Positions 59,408 through 64,000 of a DNA stretch of 64,000 nucleotides are shown here, piece after piece (the stretch's first letter is position 1; each line of letters opens with the position of its first letter). The notes beneath the pieces were generated by a model. The model was not told the DNA's origin. It ran no database searches and saw nothing but the letters and a program-made list of their open reading frames with translations. Source of the DNA: Candidatus Woesearchaeota archaeon (GTDB lineage Archaea > Nanobdellota > Nanobdellia > Woesearchaeales > GW2011-AR15); assembly GCA_016928835.1 (NCBI GenBank), contig JAFGJW010000007.1, positions 12,158 to 76,157 of the forward strand. Direction: 5' to 3'. Made by a program: the position numbers and the translations under genes.

Positions 59408-59902
59408 CTAATCAACTGTAGTCGTAAAATCATCGCCAACAATATGAAAAATTCTTTTGCCTTGATTAAGCAAGGCGCTAGCTGCGACTTTTCCAATAAA
59501 CAGAACATGATCCCCTGTGTCAATCTCATCAACCACTTCGCACTCAATATAAGCCAGTGCCTCTTTTATTCTTGCGCAGTCAATTTTATCGCAATCTTTC
59601 TTTGTCAACCCTGCCTCTGTAAATTTATCCATATGCCTGCCAGTATGCCTACCGCAGAATAGAACCTCTTTCTGAAAATCAATTGACATAAAATTAACAG
59701 CAAAACACTTACTTCTGCTAATTAATTCACAAGAGAATCTAGTTTTTCCAGCAGAAATGCCGTACATTAAAGGCTTGAATGAAAGGGGGATATGCCAGTC
59801 CAAGGCAATAATATTATCTTTGATTTCGTCCTTGCCAAAGTTGTTATATTTTGCCCTGCATGTTACAAGTACTGTCTGCCTTGGGTTAACAGTATTGAGC
59901 AT
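59408..59902 (-). CDS. flavin reductase-like FMN-binding split-barrel protein
   Basis: Flavin_Reduct-type motifs around PRQTVLVTCRAK.., MYGISAG.., FAVNF. Confidence 0.7.
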   Translation of the reverse strand: MLNTVNPRQTVLVTCRAKYNNFGKDEIKDNIIALDWHIPLSFKPLMYGISAGKTRFSCELISRSKCFAVNFMSIDFQKEVLFCGRHTGRHMDKFTEAGLTKKDCDKIDCARIKEALAYIECEVVDEIDTGDHVLFIGKVAASALLNQGKRIFHIVGDDFTTTVD

Positions 59903-60687
59903 TATTCTTCTTTCTCCTTCCTGACCTTGAACTTTCTATCCTGAATCATGAACAAACCCACAAAGAACAATATCAGGTAGACAACAAGAGGAAGAATACC
60001 AAGATTGAACAATGGTTTTGACACCAGCTCAAGTAAAATCATCAGTGTACTAGTGTAAATTGCCAGCTTCAGTATATCAACAGATTTAACATTATATCTT
60101 TTTATTGTACTGTAACCTACACCAAGAAGTGTCACTATTAAGATCTCAACAAGGTACTTGAAGGAGAGGATGGTGAATAGGAACAGGAATGCAGAAGGCA
60201 CTAGTATGATTAAAATAAAAACAATAAATTTTTTCACCTTATCCTTGTACGTAACCAGGTCTTCATATTGCTCCAAAGAGATTGTTTCTATGCTATATAA
60301 CTTAAAATTCATAATATCTGGATCAAACTTTTTCCTATATAGATGCTCTTTTGTGATAATATAGTCTTCATCAGTCATATTGGCTTGGTTTTTGGTTAAG
60401 TCAAGGACTATTTTTGGATCATTGATAAGGAGAACAGGCTGTTTCTGAACCACATCAAAACTTACTTTAAATGAGTCAAACTGGGAATAGATCTTATCAA
60501 GTCTTTCAGTTATTGTATTGAACTTCATTAAAAAGATAAACCCCGAGAGCAACATAGATAATATCAATATGAAAAAGAGATAGTGGAACGCATCACCAAG
60601 TTTTTTTTTAGTAAGCTCTTTATACGAATCTGGATTAAATGATTTGATGATAACAATAAAAAATTCTTTAATTTTCATAGCAATCAC
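59902..60687 (-). CDS. hypothetical membrane protein
   Basis: 261 aa, 3+ TM. Confidence 0.4.
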   Translation of the reverse strand: MIAMKIKEFFIVIIKSFNPDSYKELTKKKLGDAFHYLFFILILSMLLSGFIFLMKFNTITERLDKIYSQFDSFKVSFDVVQKQPVLLINDPKIVLDLTKNQANMTDEDYIITKEHLYRKKFDPDIMNFKLYSIETISLEQYEDLVTYKDKVKKFIVFILIILVPSAFLFLFTILSFKYLVEILIVTLLGVGYSTIKRYNVKSVDILKLAIYTSTLMILLELVSKPLFNLGILPLVVYLILFFVGLFMIQDRKFKVRKEKEE

Positions 60688-60713
60688 TAAACACAGAGAG
60701 TTTAAAAAGTTTT

Positions 60714-61187
60714 TTATATAATGAATACAAGGTCCTTTCTTTCTTCTATAATCTTTTTTATTTTAAAGTTATTCTCCAATAGCTCCCTTATTTCAAAATA
60801 ATTTTTTGAATTCTTTAACACAGAAAAAGCAAATTTATCTTTACCAACTCTTCTTATCTCTTCAATTGCTTTTTTGATATCCTCAAAATTATGCATTGCT
60901 GTTACACTGATAATAATGTCAAAGAAATTATCTGGGTAAGGGATTGACTCTGCTTCAGCAATTGTGATTTTGGCTTCACCGTTGTATTGTTTCACCAGTT
61001 CTTTGCTTGGATCTATACCATAGCAATTGCAGTTAAATAATCCAAAGCTTATACCAGTGCCACATCCGACATCAAGTAGTCTATCTGATTTTTTAATGTC
61101 AATATGGTTTTTGATTATTCTTAGTTTATTGAGTTGCTCTTCTTTGTGAAGTTCGTTGTATGATTTGGCGAGATTGTTGTAGTTCAT
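60714..61187 (-). CDS. class I SAM-dependent methyltransferase
   Basis: Motif I LDVGCGTG, post-I acidic residue. Confidence 0.8.
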   Translation of the reverse strand: MNYNNLAKSYNELHKEEQLNKLRIIKNHIDIKKSDRLLDVGCGTGISFGLFNCNCYGIDPSKELVKQYNGEAKITIAEAESIPYPDNFFDIIISVTAMHNFEDIKKAIEEIRRVGKDKFAFSVLKNSKNYFEIRELLENNFKIKKIIEERKDLVFII

Positions 61188-61221
61188 TTGTTTGTATTAA
61201 TTTACTTAAGTACAAAAATTA

Positions 61222-61242
61222 GAAGAGGGGACGCCCCTCTTC
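61222..61242. repeat. GC-rich perfect hairpin GAAGAGGGG-ACG-CCCCTCTTC followed by GAC-ACCCC
   Basis: Shares GAGGGG-N-CCCCTC hairpin and following YGAC..CCCC with element at 30861-30890. Confidence 0.55.
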
Positions 61243-61370
61243 GACACCCCAACGCTTACTGAGAGGGGCTCCAAAGGGGAGAGTGTTCTACCCTTTGTAA
61301 ATATTAAACTAACAATTTAAATAAGTATATTTTACAAACATTAAAATATTTCCTTTATTCTCTGCATTAC

Positions 61371-62546
61371 ATGATTGAACTCAGCGGGTGTTCAATAATA
61401 GAGAAGGGAAGAATTCTGCTTGTAAAAAAGAAAAAAGAAAATCATTACGAGCTGCCAGGTGGAAAAGTTATTGGCAGAGAAAAAATAAAAGATACTGCGG
61501 CCAGAGAGCTGAAAGAAGAGCTCGGGATAAAAGCAGCCCGCCTTGACTATTTTGGGAGCTTTGATTTTTCTTTAAATGAACGTATGTTTAGAAGCCATAT
61601 TTTCCTCGCAGAGATAGACTCAAACCAAGAACCAAGAATCCTTGAGCCGGAATTTTTTAGCGAAATGCTATGGCTCCCAATTAGAGATCATAAACAATTC
61701 AGATTATCTCCTAATGTCGAGCAATTTTTGGTGAAGTATTTGGAGGGCATGAAAAAAAAGTGTGACAGCATTTTACAGAATCTAACAAATAAAAAACATA
61801 TCTTGTTCACAGACCGCGGCAACTCTTCTATATGGCTAGCTTTAAAATTGATGAAAAAACTAGGCAAAAGTAATATTTTGATGCCGGACCAGGGTGGGTG
61901 GTTCACTTACAGGGATTTCTCAAAAAGGCTTAAGCTAAACATAATAACATATAAAACAGATTACGGGCTTGTGAAAATAGAGAACTTAAGTCTTGATGCT
62001 AATTCTGCCATATTTGTAAACTCGTTAGCAGGCTATTTCGTCGAGATACAGAATATAAGCGAGATACAGGAATTGTGCAGAAAAAAAGATGCTGTTTTAA
62101 TTAATGATGTCTCGGGCTCAATAGGAAGCGAACTAGCAAAAGACGGAGACATTGTCCTTGGAAGCTTTGGGGAGGGAAAGCCAATAAATGTCGAATATGG
62201 AGGGTTTATAGCCACAGATAATAAAGAGTTCTATGATTTTTTTTCTGGAAAGCTCAATAAAAAATTAAAAGAGTTTTACCAGGAATTATATGAAAAATTA
62301 ATTAATTTAGGAAAAAGAAGGGAATTCTTCTCTAGCCTGAATAAAAAAATAAAAGAAGACTTAAAAGAGTATAATATAGTACATAGAGCCATACCCGGAA
62401 TAAATGTGGTAATCAGGTTCAGTAATGAAAAGGAAAAAGAGGAGCTGATAGGATATTGTAAGAAAAACAATTTCGAGTACAGACTCTGTCCGCGATACAA
62501 CAGGATTAAAGAAGATGCTGTTTCTATTGAAGTGAAGCGATTGTAG
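61371..62546 (+). CDS. NUDIX hydrolase fused to uncharacterised about 250-aa C-terminal domain
   Basis: Nudix box GGKVIGREKIKDTAARELKEELGI. Confidence 0.7.
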   Translation: MIELSGCSIIEKGRILLVKKKKENHYELPGGKVIGREKIKDTAARELKEELGIKAARLDYFGSFDFSLNERMFRSHIFLAEIDSNQEPRILEPEFFSEMLWLPIRDHKQFRLSPNVEQFLVKYLEGMKKKCDSILQNLTNKKHILFTDRGNSSIWLALKLMKKLGKSNILMPDQGGWFTYRDFSKRLKLNIITYKTDYGLVKIENLSLDANSAIFVNSLAGYFVEIQNISEIQELCRKKDAVLINDVSGSIGSELAKDGDIVLGSFGEGKPINVEYGGFIATDNKEFYDFFSGKLNKKLKEFYQELYEKLINLGKRREFFSSLNKKIKEDLKEYNIVHRAIPGINVVIRFSNEKEKEELIGYCKKNNFEYRLCPRYNRIKEDAVSIEVKRL

Positions 62547-62617
62547 ATTATTTATTATCAAAAACCTTAAAAACCCCTTCTTCTTTTTGTTTTTATTCTA
62601 TGAGGTGATGTAAAATT

Positions 62618-62998
62618 TTGAAACTACCAGATTCAATGGATGAATTGGTTTATTGGACCAGCCGAAGTATGGGCAAAGGAAATGTGAAAGCATGGGTTTA
62701 TAGAGGAGAATGTCCAAAATGCGGAAAAGGCATTATGGGCAAACCTGTTGAAAAAGGCAAGGTAAAGGTAAGGGCAAAGTATTATGAATGCCCGGAGTGC
62801 GGATATAAGGTCGATAAACAGGAATATGAAGATTCATTGACTGCCAATATTGTGTACACCTGTCCTGAATGCGGCAACAAGGGGGAAACACAGATTCCTT
62901 TTAGAAGAAAAAAGTTCCAGGGAGTGGATGCTTTGGTATTCCAATGTGAGAAATGCAAGGCTAAAGTTCCCGTAACTAAGAAGATGAAGGAGATTTAG
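62618..62998 (+). CDS. zinc-ribbon protein with three CPxCG motifs
   Basis: CPKCG, CPECG, CPECG plus CEKC. Confidence 0.5.
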   Translation: MKLPDSMDELVYWTSRSMGKGNVKAWVYRGECPKCGKGIMGKPVEKGKVKVRAKYYECPECGYKVDKQEYEDSLTANIVYTCPECGNKGETQIPFRRKKFQGVDALVFQCEKCKAKVPVTKKMKEI

Positions 62999-64000
62999 CC
63001 CTTAATATCATTTCATATTCTTTTTTCAATCTATTCAATATTACTCTATCGGCATTGAAAAATACCTTGAAATAAGACTCTAACAGTCTGATTAAATTTT
63101 CATTATTAATCTTAAACAATTCATCTTTATCTATAAGGTTGCACAATGCCCTTAATTTATCACCTAAGGGCTTTTTCAGGTCTTTTGGTAAATTCTTGAT
63201 TATTGAAGTGCATGTTTCTTTATCATAATTATCAAATGCAATCTCCTTTGCAAGTTCTATTGCGCTCAAGTTGTAATATGAATAAAATAAATCTCTGTAG
63301 TCAAAAAATATTCTTGCTCTTAACGCAAAGCACACATCTAAGAAATGGGCTTTGTGCCAGTAATTTATACTACCAAAATCAAAGCACTCTAACTCCAAAT
63401 CCAAATCTTCAACAGGGAAGAAGCTGCCTTTATGCATATTATAAATCTCAGTCCCTGGCAGTGGCCAGAGGAAATTTGATTTGATCTCTATTTTTGAATA
63501 TTTTGAGAATCGCTTTACTTCATCAAGCATCTTCTCAACACTCTCTTTAGTTTCAAATGGGCTGAGTATATAGCTGATTGCCAGTGTAAAGTTCATCTTG
63601 TTCGCCAGTTTGGCAAATTTTTCAATTACTTCTCTCTCTTTATCCAATCTCCACTGTTTTCGAATATCTCCGAGATACTTTCTCCTTACTTTTTCAGAAA
63701 TAGCTTCATCAACAACCTCCCTGCCAAAAAAAAGGTTATTGTTCCTATTACCAAGTTCCTTTACTATTGAAACAGCTTCATCAAACTCCTTTTTCTCAAT
63801 GAAAAAAGAAGGATCAGAGTAAAGAACAACATCTGGGATTTTCTTGAACTTTTCTTTGTATGACTCAAAAAATTCCAGTGTCCTTTTTTTATTTTCCCTC
63901 CATAAAGGATTGTTGTCGTACAGGTAGATGCGCTTTATTTCTTTACTCTTGATATCACTAATGTAATCTTTAACAGGGATAGAAATTATTGTTTTAGGGC
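62976..64000 (-). CDS. hypothetical protein, N-terminus beyond window edge
   Basis: Listed 223-aa ORF continues in frame upstream without stop to position 64000. Confidence 0.45.
   Translation of the reverse strand, partial: PKTIISIPVKDYISDIKSKEIKRIYLYDNNPLWRENKKRTLEFFESYKEKFKKIPDVVLYSDPSFFIEKKEFDEAVSIVKELGNRNNNLFFGREVVDEAISEKVRRKYLGDIRKQWRLDKEREVIEKFAKLANKMNFTLAISYILSPFETKESVEKMLDEVKRFSKYSKIEIKSNFLWPLPGTEIYNMHKGSFFPVEDLDLELECFDFGSINYWHKAHFLDVCFALRARIFFDYRDLFYSYYNLSAIELAKEIAFDNYDKETCTSIIKNLPKDLKKPLGDKLRALCNLIDKDELFKINNENLIRLLESYFKVFFNADRVILNRLKKEYEMILRAKSPSSS

Noticed and set aside
63598-63822. 74-aa plus-strand ORF near the window end
   Set aside because: Overlaps an uninterrupted longer minus-strand reading frame that continues to position 64000; likely a shadow ORF.

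Overview
This 64 kb window reads as an AT-rich archaeal chromosome segment, probably from a small-genome DPANN-like lineage. The archaeal call rests on an archaeal/eukaryal-type LeuRS, RtcB, a DUF211 protein, RNAP subunit N, FtsZ plus SepF, an intein-containing PEP synthase and an intron-containing tRNA. It is mostly housekeeping with accessory features interleaved.

Main contents, in order:
- A lipoate scavenging and synthesis cluster (split LplA, E3, H-protein, LipA).
- The tRNA ligase RtcB.
- A pentose/methylthioribose salvage pair (DeoB plus an eIF2B-like isomerase) near a class II aldolase.
- FtsZ with a downstream zinc-ribbon gene.
- A bacterial-type AspRS carrying a C-terminal YbaK-like deacylase domain.
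- LeuRS and ArgRS.
- tRNA-guanine transglycosylase with a YhhQ-type preQ0 transporter nearby.
- Three type II toxin-antitoxin pairs (VapBC, Doc plus partner, AbrB-RelE).
- PEP synthase with a 410-aa LAGLIDADG intein at the phosphohistidine site.
- tRNA-Val(TAC) with a 22-nt non-canonical intron in the T-loop.
- A free-standing LAGLIDADG homing-endonuclease gene in a GC-rich, self-complementary non-coding island flanked by 24-nt direct repeats.
- DnaJ, SepF, an SPFH protein, a SIS-type PGI/PMI, and several membrane transporters.

The most interesting unexplained signals are:
- Three GC-rich non-coding islands, one carrying an RNase P P4-like motif interrupted by a TA cassette with 13-bp direct repeats.
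- Two related GC hairpin elements upstream of genes.
- A DAGK-like kinase / unknown / MDR-dehydrogenase trio.
- A set of Arg-rich, lineage-atypical ORFs of unknown function, including a protein with three sigma70-region-4-like HTHs and an FHA-domain protein.

No CRISPR array, rRNA, integrase or transposase was seen. Family assignments below are from motif recognition by eye in the supplied translations; no database searches could be run.
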